From the human T2T-CHM13v2.0 reference genome, Homo sapiens: a stretch of 64,000 bases of DNA. Where the stretch lies: assembly GCF_009914755.1 (NCBI RefSeq), contig NC_060927.1; one strand, given 5' to 3'. The notes under the pieces were generated by a model, which was not told where the DNA came from, did no database searches, and was given only the letters and a program-made list of their open reading frames with translations. This document shows, piece by piece, positions 1 to 13,235 of this stretch (within the stretch, counting starts at the first letter, position 1; each line of letters opens with the position of its first letter). Made by a program: the position numbers and the translations under genes.

Positions 1-229
1 CCATATAGTACCTTTCTTGCTTTATAGCTATTAACCTTTCCTTAAATCAAAATTCCCATTTCTCATCTATTACCCATTCTGCGCTTTTGAAAGTTGAGTC
101 ATTATTCAGTTCTCAACACTAATGCTCCCTCTTTCTTAAAGCATCTCCTAATTACAATAGCAGGAATTAAACTTTCATTTTTTTGTTCTCTCACATATTT
201 TTTAACTTTTCATGTTATCCTACTACCAA

Positions 230-386
230 TGTTATTTTTACTCTGCATTATATTTAGTTATTTGCATGCAAGCCCTTCAGCAAGATCTTTGTCTAATCTT
301 TTTATAACTCCCCAAAATACCTAGAATACTGTTTTGCAAATATTAAATACTATTTTTTTGTTGAAAAAATAGAATGAGTGAATTAA
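230..386 (+). mobile_element. L2 LINE 3' end remnant
   Basis: Degenerate match to the L2 terminus (ccccaaaatacctagaatact...ttgttgaaaaaatagaatgagtgaat); boundaries approximate. Confidence 0.4.
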
Positions 387-580
387 ATTCCTTTGACTGA
401 TTTTTAAGACAGACTCATTGAATATGAATTATTTTAATATGACCTATATTGAAAATTCTGATTAAACTTATAATTTAGCTTCATGAAAGCTGAAAATTGG
501 ATTTTCCATTAATTTCCTATTACTTAATTTCCCACGTAATTTTCTATTTAATCTATAGGCTACTTAGATGGGTTAGTACT

Positions 581-938
581 TGTATTAGTCCGTTTTCACA
601 TGGCTGTAAAGAAATACCCAAGACTGGGTAATTTATAAAGGAAAGAGATTTAAGTGACTCACAGTTTCACATGGCTGAAGAGGCCTCAGGAAACGTACAA
701 TCATGGTGGAAGGTGAACGGGAAGCAATTATCTTCTTCACAAGGCAGAAGTGAGAGCACAGGACAAAAAAAAAAACCTACCACTTTAAAAACCATCAGAT
801 CTCATGAGAATTCACTCACTCTCACGAGAACAGCATGGGGGAAACCGCCCCTATCATCCAATCACCTTCCTCCCTCAATACATGGGGCTTACAATTAGAG
901 ACGAGATTTGGATGGGGACAGAGAGCTCACCAATATCC
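581..938 (-). mobile_element. THE1 (THE1D-like) MaLR solo LTR
   Basis: Starts tgtattagtccgttttcac and ends gagatttggatggggacagagagctcaccaatatcc, i.e. the reverse complement of a THE1 LTR; flanked by gtact/gtacg, a 5-bp TSD with one mismatch. Confidence 0.9.
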
Positions 939-980
939 GTACGTTCCTATTTATAGTAGACTATTGGCATAAAGACTGAA

Positions 981-1084
981 GGCATACAGTTATTCAGGTA
1001 AGAAGAATGATATAAATAAGTAAAAGTGGACAGGCATGCAGTTATTCAGATAAGAAGAATGATATAAATAAGTAAAAGTGGACA
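981..1084. repeat. 52-bp tandem duplication (2 copies)
   Basis: ggcatRcagttattcagRtaagaagaatgatataaataagtaaaagtggaca at 981-1032 and 1033-1084, two mismatches. Confidence 0.95.
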
Positions 1085-1689
1085 AACACAAAAACTGTTA
1101 AGAAAAGATGAAATGCAGATTTAATTAAAATATGAAGAAAGATAGATTTATCCATAACGAACATGCAGGTAGTCAAGTTTGGCTTTGCTTGAACCTAGAC
1201 TTTATTCAGTGTAAAAAGTGCTTAGTTAACACTTGTCTGTGTCACAAACTTATGGATCCATGAGTTTAAATATTCTACCATGAACCGGCCAAGTGGATGT
1301 GACAGGAATGTTTTGGTTTGCTTTATATGGGCAAATATATGTAAATATCTTAATTCAAATCTTCCCTGCTATTAAGAAATTTCTTTCTGAATCATTTCAA
1401 CCCAATACACTTGATCAAAAGACCAAAACAACAGGCCTAGCTGTATCTACCAGACATGACAGGATACAGGTGTTTTTAGTTTTTTCCCATCAATTTTTGG
1501 AATATGGCTCTATTAAAGATTAAACACAAAAAAACATAAAAACAGACAATTTCAACATTGACCTTCAAAAAGTAGATTAAAATGAAACATTAGTATTCAT
1601 ATTATTTTGGTATATAATGGGCTACTGCAAGGATGACATGAGTTCTTGGTATTTACTGCTCTCCTCTTAAGGTTTTTTCTTGTACTCAT

Positions 1690-2225
1690 CATAGAACTGA
1701 GGTCAAGAGGCAAACTGTCACCCCCATATCTGGAAAGATGGAAGCACCCAGAAAGATACAGCAGAAAGATCCGCTTAGCTGGAGCAGAAGGTGTTCCAGC
1801 CGAAGCTGCTTAAGCCATAAAATGGTAAGAACTCTTAAATAGTAATTTTGATGAATTGCTAAAGGCTGAGTGTGGAAGAGAATGAGACTGAGAAACTTCT
1901 AGGGGCTGCAGTCTTCAGAGAAGCTCTACACATTTGTGGATTTTCCCTCCAGGAACTCTACCAGGTTCTCCATAATAGTAAAGAAAAATCCTCTCATGGC
2001 CCTGCCAAGGGTGCAGAAGAATAAGCTGTTGTTCAATTATACCCAGAGCCTCCCTCACAATGAAGTGTTACTCTCCAGGGAAGAATTTCACAAAGCACAA
2101 GATTCAAACCTTATCCCAGCTGGTAGAAGAAAATTCTTATCCCAGCTGGAGGAAGGAAATCCTATCCCATGTTGTGGAAGGGAATTCCTCCCCACTCTAG
2201 TACTTCTCAACTTTCATGATAAAAA
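1690..2225 (+). mobile_element. Ancient L1 (L1MC/L1MD-type) 5' UTR fragment with internal ~26-bp x3 repeat
   Basis: ccctccaggaactctaccaggttctc...aaagaaaaatcc is homologous to the reverse complement of ~35690-35850; repeat cttatcccagctgg... at 2110-2186. Confidence 0.55.
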
Positions 2226-3086
2226 AGGTATAAAAGGCATATTGCTTTTCTCCTCACTTCAGGTACATAGGTAAGTAGATAATTTGTTTTAATGCTTAAA
2301 GTTTATAATACAATTTATTTTATCTGAAACCTATTAACAGCCACTAAAGTCCTACATTTTAAATTTAGACTTTTTTTTTTTCTTAAAGCCCCTAAAAGTG
2401 AGTTTTTTTGTTGAAGTTAAGACAACTTGGATACCAAATAGAAGACAACAATGTGAGCAAATTATCTTTCTCTTGTTAACTGGACTATTTGTTTGAGTTG
2501 TTCAAAACTCACCAATTTATGTTTTTTTAATATGGAGGAAATTTTTAAATGCTACTCTTATTGGAAAAATGAATTGTATATATTAAAAATCGGAAGCAAC
2601 ACAAAGTATATAAGTCAGAAAGCAAACCGCACAAGATTTTATCCTACAGAAATATCCATTTCCAACATTTGAAGAACATTATTGGAGGCACTGCTGTTTA
2701 CATATAAAGACAAAGAAAAGAGAAAGAACGGAAGGAGCGAAATAAGGAATTTAAAAATAAAATCATAGACATGAGATTTCTATAAACGTTCATTAAACTT
2801 AATTAAAAATTAAAGAATATACAAATGGCTACCAAATACAGCAGATTAAACATTTTAAACTCTGTTGACTCTTAAAAGATTATTAAAAGAACAGTACATG
2901 GCACAAAAATGGTCATAAACTTGGAAGCGGAAAGAAAGGAGGCAAAACAACAGGAGATGAAAGATATCAACAAATTTTGGAGTTTAGAAAGCAGATGTTA
3001 GAGGGATTAAATTTTAAGCATTTATAAATCTTAAAGCTGAGTCTCTTGCAAAAAAGTGCCTAGGATACATGTAAGAAATAGAATTT

Positions 3087-3120
3087 TATATATATATATA
3101 TACACACACACACACGCACA
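3087..3120. repeat. (TA)n(CA)n microsatellite
   Basis: tatatatatatatatacacacacacacacgcaca. Confidence 0.9.
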
Positions 3121-3169
3121 TGCAGAAACACGGAAACATGCAAAGGCTCTCATTACAAATTTCAAAATG

Positions 3170-3985
3170 GTGAAGCTAAAAGATCAGTTATGAAAATAGC
3201 ATAATAATTCTCAACAGCAGCACTAAAATTTAGGAATTTTTGAAGCAATAGATTGAAAGTGAAATGATTTGTCTCCTAGAATCATGTACTCACCGGAACA
3301 ATCACTCAATAGTAATATGTGAAATGTCTTAAAGTTTCTTTCCATGCACCCATTAACCAGAAAAAGTTAATGAAGAATTATTTTACCCAAAAGAAAGAAT
3401 CAAGAAGTGGGAAGATATGTAACTTAGAAGTATGGCTTTCAGAATGTAAGGCTGGAGAGGGAATTTCCAGGATTTTCATAAAAGGGAAATCTGAGACTGT
3501 TGTAGAGCAGGTCTAGAAAACAAGTGAATCTGAGATTTATCAGTGTTAAGTTCACAAGGAAGTATGCAAACGAAGGAATATGTGAGGACATGAATACTTG
3601 GTTCAAATTTGCATAATATTTCTAATAAGTTCAGTTTGTACAATGATTAAATGAAAAATTGACAATAACTACAGTGTGGTATGTTGAGAAGTTAGAGGTT
3701 AAGAATTCATTTGTGGAGGGGGGAGTAGAGAAAGTTACATTCTCCTTATTTATATTACATGAGCAAAAGACAACATGTGACCTGAAAAACGAATGTGTTA
3801 TAGAAACTATGAAAATTAAAAACAGCTAAAAACAAACGTTGAAAGTAGTAAATTCTAGGGTGTGCGGGGAAGCAGCAGAGCTAGCTGGGACAGGGAAATG
3901 CTATCTTTTTTTTATTGTCAACCTTGTAGAGAAAATTTTAAATATTATGCACGTGCATTTTATATAAAAATCAAATTTCAAAAAA
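3170..3985 (+). mobile_element. HAL1 (half-L1)-like remnant
   Basis: tttccatgcacccatt...gaattattttacccaaaa and the terminal gggacagggaaatgct...aaccttgtaga...tatgcacgtgcatttt resemble the HAL1 ORF end and 3' tail. Confidence 0.5.
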
Positions 3986-5190
3986 CAAAGAGTTAAAATG
4001 AAGCTTAAGGGATAGCTGAAATTCAAATATATGGTTTTCTACCAGAACATTTGTTCCTAAATTTATTTTTTAAATTAAAAATGAAAAGCTTTAAGTAAAA
4101 TATGGAATTTAAGATCGCTCAATTTTTTTCTATCTTAATGCTAACAGATTTACTGACCCTGTCTTAGTTATAATAAAGAATTAAATACTTTTAAACTATC
4201 CCTGACATTCTTCTCTCCTCTACCAGTTTTTGGTTGGTGATATCATTACTTTAACAATCAGGATTTATAGACTTTATGTTTGGTTTTCTACCCATATTTG
4301 AGGAATAGGTTAGTTTTAGTTTAACATGTAAATTCATTACTGTGTACTGCTAGTCCTTTTACTATGACTTTGATATTTCTGAGTTCCTTATTTGTATTCA
4401 TCTTTTGGGTTGTTTTGATTTCATCTCATCGTTTTGTTATTGTTTTTGTTTTAATTCAAAAAAGACAAACTTAAGGCATATTTCCTAAATCCTTCGTGTT
4501 TTACCTTGCTAGATCATCTTTACAACTGAAGCATATTTTGGTTGGATACAAAATTCTTATGTCATATTTTATTTTTTGATACTAGCTATTACTATAAAAC
4601 CATGTTCCTCTGTGATCTCCGGATGCTAATTATTATCATATAGGTGCTGTCACAATTCAGATATCTCTGTTCCTGTTTTTCTATTTACTTAATTTCATTT
4701 TTAGGAATAATATAATACTTGCATCACATATGCTCATTTTTCTTCATCTTTCTTCGTATTTTTTTATGTCATCTCCCTTTCCTAGAAAACTTGTTTTCAC
4801 TATTTTTTCCTAGCACTATGGAGAACTAATTGAATTCTTTTGTGTCCTGGAATAATTATTCTCCTGATGTATACTTCCCTTTTAATTTTGTTCTTATATT
4901 TCTCTTTCTAATTTTTAAAATGTCAATGTCTATGCACAGGTTTTATACTGGTACCATTCTGCTAATTATAAGTACTTGAAATGCATCATTTGGCTATATG
5001 CTGGAAAATACTGTGGGGAAATGTAGGAGAGGAATTAGTGGGGGTGGCCTCCAACTCACAGTTCAGTTTGTTGCCCCTATACTTTCTTATAGGATTGTAT
5101 GTGCCCTCTGTTCTGAAGACACATTTTCTCTGGGTTCCTTCTGGATTTTTGCTGCTAGCATGGTGTGTGAGGCTTGTGAGGAAGCCCCAC

Positions 5191-6112
5191 TGTGTCCAGA
5201 ATTTGTTCCTTCCAGTGGGTTCTTGGTCTCACTGACTTCAAGAATGAAGCTGCGGACCATCACGTTGAGTGTTAACAGTTCTTAAAGATAGTGTGTCCGG
5301 AGTTTGTTCCTTCAGATGTTCAGATGTGTCCAGAGTTTATTCCTTCTGGTGGGTTCATGGTTTTGCTGACTTCGGGAGTGAAGCCTTAGACCTTCGCAGT
5401 AAGTGTTACAGCTCTTAAAGGTGGCACATCTGGAGTTGTTTGTTCCTTCCGGTGAGTTCGCGGTCTCTCTCACTGATTCAGGAGTGAAGCCGCAGACCTT
5501 CACAGTGAGTGTCACACCTCCTAATTCCGGAGTTGTTTGTTCCTCCCGGTAGGTTCGTAGTCTCGCTGACTTCAGGAGTGAAGCCAGGGCCCTTCACAGT
5601 GAGGAGCTCATAAAGGTTGTGCTGACCCAAAGAGTAAGCAGCAGCAACATTTACTACAAAGAGTGAAAGAACAAAGGGGACCCCAGTGGTTTGCCACTGC
5701 TGGCTCTGGTGGCCAGCTTTTATTCGCTTATTTGGCCCTGCCCATATCCTGCTGATTGGTCCATTTTACAAAGTGCTGATTGGTCCATTTTACAGAGTGC
5801 TAATTGGTCCATTCTTACAGAGTGCTGATTGGTGCATTTACAAACCTTTAGCTAGACACAAAGTGCTGATTGGTGTGTTTTTACAGAGTGCTGATTGGTG
5901 CATTTACAAACCTTTAGCTAGACACAGAGCACTGATTGGTGCATTTTTGCAGAGTGCTGATTGGACCGTTTACAAACCTTTAGCTAGACACAAAGGGCTG
6001 ATTGGTACGTTTTTATAGAGTGCTGATTGGTGCATTTACAATCCTCTAGCTAGACAGAAAAGTTCTCCAAGTCCCCACTCAACCCAGCAAGTCCAGCTGG
6101 CTTCACTCCTCA
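5191..6112 (-). mobile_element. LTR12 (HERV9/ERV1) solo LTR, LTR12/LTR12F-like
   Basis: Starts tgtgtccagaatttgttcc...gacttcaagaatgaagctgcgg and ends gtccagctggcttcactcctca; typical tandem U3 (gctgattggt) and U5 (ggagtgaagcc...) repeats; 4-bp flanks ccac/ctac. Confidence 0.93.
5716..6030 (-). promoter_or_regulatory. LTR12 U3 promoter/enhancer: 10 CCAAT (NF-Y) boxes plus AATAAA TATA-like box
   Basis: Ten ATTGG occurrences between 5751 and 6030; cttttattc (~5717-5725) reads gaataaaag on the minus strand. Activity not demonstrated. Confidence 0.6.
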
Positions 6113-6949
6113 CTACCAGTTACTGAAAACTATTGTGATATGGTGATTTTCTTTACCCATTCCATCCTTTACCTGGAAAACTTCCAGTCAGTGTCCCACA
6201 ACCAGGACTTTGAATTACAAATAAAATGATGTGCCTTTAGTTTCTTTGTCTTTCTGCTCCAATTACCTGCCATTCTCTACTCTGACATTCATCCTGTCCT
6301 TGGTGGCCAGTAGGATTAATCACAGACTGAGAGAATAAAGAAAAACTATAGCAGAGGGAATTTTTAATCAGAAACTACAGAGGCAGAAATGTCAAAGAAC
6401 TTCAAATTTTGAGCTCTGACTGATACTTTTACTTCCTGAGAATGATGTTCTGTTTGATTTATATTGATTTCACAATGTATCATAAAGGTAGAATGGGACT
6501 CAGATTCATGCTGAAGACCACAAGTGTAAGATAGTGAAGGGAAGTTTCGAAAAACTCCTCACCAGATACTAGCATGAAATGTATGGATGCTGTCATCAGA
6601 ACTAGTAAAAATGTATCTTCCTGGATCAATGTGGATGCTGACTATCACAATGACTTTATACGTGGAGTTCAGTTCCCATGCTTGTTTCTGTGGCACTCAG
6701 CACATGTAATAAAATTCTCAGGCTATTAAATATTGATGAACATCAGGATTTTGAACACAGATAAATTTAATGGTGCTTCTTATCCATCTTATCCGGTTAA
6801 ATCAGGTCTCAGCATGTCACTGTGAGAAGACTACAGCTTACGGGTGTTTGCATTGAATAGTATAAATATGCGACGTAATAGCACAGTTCTTAGTGTAGAG
6901 GGTTTATTTAGATAATAGTTCTCAATCTTCCTGAAGTGGTTATTTACTA

Positions 6950-8130
6950 TTGTAAACTTTGCTTCCACTAACTTTATTTTATAATTAAGTTTTGGAGAAA
7001 ACATTAAAAATATACATAAGCAAAAACAAAATAAAAAGCAAAGATATGTTCAGCCTAATCCCATCACCATTCCTCCCTACATTAATTTTGTATATATACA
7101 TCTGTATTTCTTCATAATTTTATGCATATACATATAATGAGATCATAATATAACTATTGTTAATTTTCTTTTCTCAAATAACTATATGTAGAGTAATATG
7201 TTTATTTTTATACCAAAAGCAGCCTTTTACACCATCATGTTTTAAAATTCCTAGTAGTCTCTTATATTCTTTAATGTATTTCTCTTATCTATCACTTACA
7301 TTTACTTTAGAAATGTTCTCCTTAATTATTATTTTATAAATCTTTGAAATATTTTGCTTCGTCACTTAATGAAGTAAACTTAGAAGTGGAAATTTTAGGC
7401 TAAAGAACATATAAATTTTTAAGACTTCTATTACATTTCATCAAATTGCCTTCTACAAAATTTGCACTGATCTGTAATTCTAACTTATGTGAGGCTGTCC
7501 ATCACCCTACACCATCTCTGGCAGTAGCTATTAATCAATAGTTATATCTTCGCCTAGTTAAAAACTAAACATGAGATAGCTTTGTTCTTTAATGTTGTAT
7601 TTTCTAAATTACTGTAAATGAGAAATTACCATGATAAAATTAATAGTGGTTGATAGTTATTTTCAGTTAATTACCTATGTAAATCCTTTCACCATATTTT
7701 CTAGTAGAATCTGTTTTTTTAAAATCCATACATGATTGTGTGTGTGTATCATATAATATCACCCTTTGAAATTGACCCTACCTTATTAAATATATCTTTC
7801 AGTTTATCGCTTGCTTTTTAATTTGCCCACAGAGATTTTATATTAAAAGAATTATGTTAGTTTTTATGTAATAAATCTATCGGTATTTTATATTATTATT
7901 TCTGAATCTACTGTCATAATATGAACGACTTTCAGCAACCCAAAATGATAGATCTGCCTTAGTATTTTTATGAATTTATTTTATTACATTTGAATATTAA
8001 TACATTTATACTTAATTGGATGTTAGGATTCTAACATACCTTACCAACTGGCCCAAACACAATTTATTGAATTTATTATTTTATTCATTGCTTGAAATTC
8101 CATTGTATTTTATAATAAGTGATTATAATA
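6950..8130 (-). mobile_element. Ancient L1ME/L1MC-type 3' region
   Basis: Highly decayed L1 3' motifs (tagaagtggaaattttaggctaaag, caaattgccttctacaaaatttgcac); resumes after 8650. Confidence 0.5.
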
Positions 8131-8140
8131 AGTTCTTGAT

Positions 8141-8648
8141 CATTCTACCAAAAAAATGCATGCACTCATACGTTCATTGCAGCACTATCCACAATAGCAA
8201 AGACTGGAATCAACCTAGGTGCCCATCAGTGATGGATTGGATAAAGGAAATGTGGTATATATGCACCATGGAATACTGTGCAGCCATGAAAAAGAATGAA
8301 ATCATGTCCTTTGCAGCAACATGGATACAGCTGGAGGTTTTTATCCTAAGTGAACTAGCATAGGAACAGAAAACCAAATACTACGTGTTCTCACTTATTA
8401 GTGGGAGCTAAACATTGAGAGCATATGGGCATAAAGATGAAAACAAGAGATACTGGGGATTACAAGAGGGTGGATAGGGGGAGGACTGTGGGCTGAAAAA
8501 CTATCTATCTGGTACTATGCTAAGTACCTGAGTGATGGGATCATCTATACCCAAAACCTGAGCATCATGCCTTATCCATTGTACCCATGTAACAAACCTG
8601 CACATGTTTGAATTCAAAATAACAGTTGAAAAAAAAAGAAAAAAAAAT
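8141..8648 (+). mobile_element. 5'-truncated L1PA16/17-like LINE 3' end
   Basis: ORF2 C-terminal peptide (WNQPRCPSVMDWIKEMWYICTMEYCAAMKKNEIMSFAATW), 3' UTR acccatgtaacaaacctgcacatg and A-rich tail. Confidence 0.85.
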
Positions 8649-8894
8649 AAGCTTTCGAGTCTATTTCTCAAGTGCATAGGCACTTTCACTGCTCTGTTTG
8701 TCTTTTCCTGCACCAAATTTTGCCCTCATTCTTCTTTTTTATTTACAAAGTTTTCAGCTTGCTCTTTTATTTTTATTTTTTTGCAGATAAACTAAAGAAT
8801 AATTTTCTGTAATTTCTCGTATAATCCCAATGGAATGTTAAGTAGAGTCAACTTGGATAGAATCAGCATCTACACTGTATTGAATTTGTGCATC

Positions 8895-9271
8895 TGTATT
8901 AGTCCATTCTTACGCTGCTAATAAAGACATACATGAGACTAGGTCATTTACAAAGGAAAGAGGTTTAATTAACTCACAGTGCAGAATGGGTGGGGAGGCC
9001 TCAGGAAACTTACAATCATGGCAGAAGAGGAAGCAAATATGTCCTTCTTCACATGGTAGAAGGAGACAGAAGAATGATAACAGAGCGAAGAGGAAAGCCC
9101 CTTATGATACCATCAGATCTCGTGAGAACTTACTGACTATCATAAGAATAGCATGGAAGAAACTGCCCCCATGATTCAATTACCTCCCACCAGGTCCCTC
9201 CCAAGACGTGGGAATTATAGGAGCTACAATTCAAGATGAGATCTGGGTGGGGACACAGCCAAACCATATCA
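8895..9271 (-). mobile_element. THE1 (THE1C-like) MaLR solo LTR
   Basis: tgtattagtccattcttacgctgctaataaagacatac ... gggtggggacacagccaaaccatatca; 5-bp TSD gcatc/acatc. Confidence 0.92.
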
Positions 9272-10539
9272 ACATCCAAGGATATAATAAGCATCTGTTT
9301 TTATGTAAAATTTTTCCATTGATCAAATAATGAGCTGTGGTATTATAGTCATTTCCAAGGAGATCCTGTACAATTATTGTTAGGCATTTTAATTTTTCTT
9401 GCTATAATGACTGGGGCATTTCCCCATTCTATTTCTATCTAATTTTCTTACAAGCTCTTCATCTCTGTGCATCATTTTAAAAATTATACTCCCATTGAGT
9501 TATCTTAATTTGTTTTAATTGTATTATAGTTTAATTTATAAATAAATATCATTGTTAATAGTAACTTTTATGCATATATGTCAAACTCTACATTAAACAT
9601 TTGGCACACATTCAATAAAAAGATGTGATAATTTATGCCACTTATTACATCTATAATCTGAGCACAATGTTCTAGACAACAAGAGCTAGATCAATGTCAA
9701 GCCACAATGTTTGTTCACTATTTTTATTTTTAACTTCATTGGGAATGCATCACTTTACTATTAAGCTAAATGTCAACTATTTATTTGAGAGATAATACAT
9801 AATATGCTATTTTTATACCAAGAATTTTTAGAATATATAGATGTTAAATATAATCAAATGTGTTTCCAGGATTTATAGCATCTCTTTAGGGATTACATTT
9901 TTTGTTGTAAAGTATCAATATACTACAGTCCTATTATATCTTATATTAATATATCTGTATAATTAGGTTATATCAAGACTTTTTAAAAATAATTTTTTAC
10001 CTTAAAATTATACAGTATTTTAATATGTCTTATTAATTTCTTGGGTAGAGAGTTTTCTCATTTTATAACTTATTCCTTTAATAAATATACATGAAGTTGT
10101 TGAGTACCTGGATTACACTAAAAAATAAAAACACAATTATTTCTCCAATGAGATTGGTTACCAAGAAATTTTACCTTCATCAGAATTAATTGGAAAGCAT
10201 TATATCATTTTCTTTCAGAGCACATAAATAGCAAAAAAAATTTTTGACATAATTTATTCATAAAATCATCTGGATAGAATAATTTAGGCCATTATATTAC
10301 TATTTTTAGATGTTTTGAATTCATATATTATTTCCCTGTTCAGGTACATACAGTTGATTGAGTCAAATTTGGTAATAAATTCATATATGTTCAATATCTA
10401 TTTACACCTGTGGTTATATTACCTTTCTAATTGGTAACATTGTGGGTTTTTTTGTTCCTGGATAATTCTATTAGTTTTTCTTAAGAATAAACCTCTGAGT
10501 TTAGTTTTCAGTTTTACTATTGTGTTTAGAAATTAAATT

Positions 10540-13235
10540 TTTGTGTTTTGCAGATATTTTTTCTGTGGCTTGTCTTTTCTTTCTTTTAACACTGTCTATC
10601 ACAGAGCAAAGTATTCATTTTTTTAAAGTTTACTTTAAAATTTCATACATCATTCTTTTTGCTGTAACTAAAAAGTTACCATCAAACCTAAGACCACCTA
10701 GATTTTCTTCTAGAAGTTTTATAGTTTTGCATTTTATATGTAGGTCTATGATCCACTTAGAGTTAACTTTGTAAAAGGTATTAGATCTGTGTCTAGATGG
10801 TTTTTTTTTTTTAAATGAGCATCCAATTTTTCCAGCACCATTTATTGAAAAGACTGGGCTTTCTCCAGTGAATTACCTTTGTTCCTTTGTCAAAGATCAG
10901 TTGGCTATATTCGTGTGAGCCTATTTCTGGGCTCTCTTTATTGATCTATGTGTTCATTCTTTAACCAATACCATGCTGTCTTGAAGTAATGTTATAGTAA
11001 GTCTTGAAATCATTCTTTGTAATTCATTCTTCTAATTCAGTATTGTGTTTGCTATTCTAGGTATTTTGCCTTTCAACATAAGCTATAGAATCAACTTGCC
11101 ATTATCTAAACATAACTTGCTGGTATTTTGACAGGGATTATGAGAATCTTTATACCACACTGAGAGAATTGACACTACTGTCAATTACACAATCTATATA
11201 TCACACTGAGAGAAGAGACAATACTGTCTTCCAATCTCCATTTATTTAGATCTTCTTTGATTTGTTTCATGAGTTATATAATTATTAACATGTAGGATAT
11301 GTTCATGTTTTATTAGGTTTATATCTAAGCATTTAATTTTGGGGGTAGTGCTACTGTAACTGATATTGATTTTTAATTTCAGATTCCAATTGTTCGTTGC
11401 TGATACAGAGTAAACAATTTTATTTTGTATATTATATTGTCTCCTGTGACATTACTATATTCATTTATTTGCTCTAGGAGTTTCTCTCCTTTTGGGGGAA
11501 TTTTATACACAATCATATTACCTGCAAATAAAGACAGTTTTATTTCTTTCTTTCCAGTCTATATACATTTTATTGCATTTTTTATCTAGGGCTATCTAGG
11601 GCTTCTAGTAAGATATGAAATAGAATGGTAAAATAGTTTATCCTTGCTTTGTTCTAAACCTTTGGGGGACAGCATCCTGTTTCTCATGAATAAACATGTT
11701 GCCTGTAGGTTTTCAGTGCATTGTAGTAGACCCCCCTTATCCATAGGGCATACATTCCAAGACCCTTAGTGGATGTCTGAAATCATGGATATTAATGAAC
11801 CCTATTTGTACTATGTTTTTTATATACTTATATACCTATGATAATGTTTAATTTACAAATTGAGTGCCATAAGAGATTAACAATAACTAATAATGAAATA
11901 GAACAATTAATATACTGGAATAAAATTATGTTAATGTGGTAATTGAAACTGCAGAAAGCAAAACCATGATTAAGGTGAGACTACTGAAGGTTCTTTATGG
12001 AGTTACATAAATTTCTTCTCTATTGTATCTGGGATTGGGATTAGAATAATGCTGGTCTCGTAGAATTATTAGTAATTGTAGTATCTACTTCTATTTTTTG
12101 GAAGGAATTGTGGAAAATAGATATCTTTTCTTTCCTGTATATTTGGTAGAATCTACCAGTGACTCCACCATGGGGGCATGCTGGGATTTTTTGTTGTTGT
12201 TATTTTTTATTCAATTTATTTGATATAAACATATTCAGATTATATGTTACTTTGAGTGAAGTTTGGTAATTTGTGTTTCTCAATAGTTCATTTTATCTGA
12301 ATTATCAAATATAAGGCCATAAAGTTATTTGTAGTATTGCTTCATTGTCCTTTTAATATTCAGGGAATTAGTATCACTTCTGATATTGGCAATTTGCTTA
12401 TTCTCTTTTCTTCTTAGCCTACCTAAAGATTTATTGGTGTCCTTGATCTTTTCTTTTCAGAGAATCAGCTTTTGGTTTCATGGATATTTTTTATTGTTTT
12501 CTTGTTTTCGATTTTACTGATTCTTGTGGTATTTTTCATTATTTACTTTTTTCTGCTTTCTTTAACCTGAAATTGTCTTTTTAAAATTTTTATAATGTGA
12601 AGTCTTAGGTTACTGATTGCAGGTCGTTCTTCCATTTTAATATATGCACTTAAAGTTATTAATATTCCTCTAAGTACTGCATTTACTGCATCCCAAAATT
12701 TTGATAGGTTATATTATTGTTTTCATTTGAATTTAAATTAAATTTCTCTTGAAACAGTTTATTTAACCCATGTGTTATTTGGAAGTGTGTTGTTTAATTT
12801 CCAAGTACTTGGGATTTTTCAGCCATCTTCCTGTTATTGATTTCTAATTTAATTTTATTGTAGTCTGAGGACATATTTTGTACAATTTCTATTACTTTAA
12901 AACTGTTAAGAATTTTTTTGGTGAGTGTTCCATTTGAGTTTCATACGGACATATTTTGCCACTGTTGAATGAATTATCCTATAAATATCAATTAGATCAA
13001 ATTGTTTGATAGTGCTCTTCGTATGTATTATATCCTTTTAAATTTCTGTCTGCTCGATCTATAAATTACTAAAGAAGTCTACTGGAGTCTTCAACTATAA
13101 TAGTGGGTTATCTATTTCTCCTTGCCCTTCTATCAGTTTTTGCCTCAGTTATTTTGACATTCTGTTGTTAAGTTCATAAACATTAGAAACTGTTATATCT
13201 TCTTGGATAATTGACTCCTTTATTATGAATACAAT
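10540..13235 (-). mobile_element. Ancient L1M ORF2 region, interrupted by MER44
   Basis: L1 ORF2 antisense motifs (ccagcaccatttattgaaaagact, ctgcaaataaagacagtttt); endonuclease-like peptide IKESIIQEDITVSNVYELNNR at ~13150-13230. Confidence 0.75.
11724..11986 (-). mobile_element. MER44A (Tigger7-derived MITE)
   Basis: Terminal inverted repeats tagtagaccccccttatcc ... gattaaggtgagactactg; internal aagagattaacaataactaataat. Confidence 0.8.

Noticed and set aside
5686-6018. 110-aa repetitive ORF and CRISPR-like regularly spaced repeats
   Set aside because: These are the U3 tandem repeats of LTR12; there are no unique spacers, no cas genes, and the context is eukaryotic
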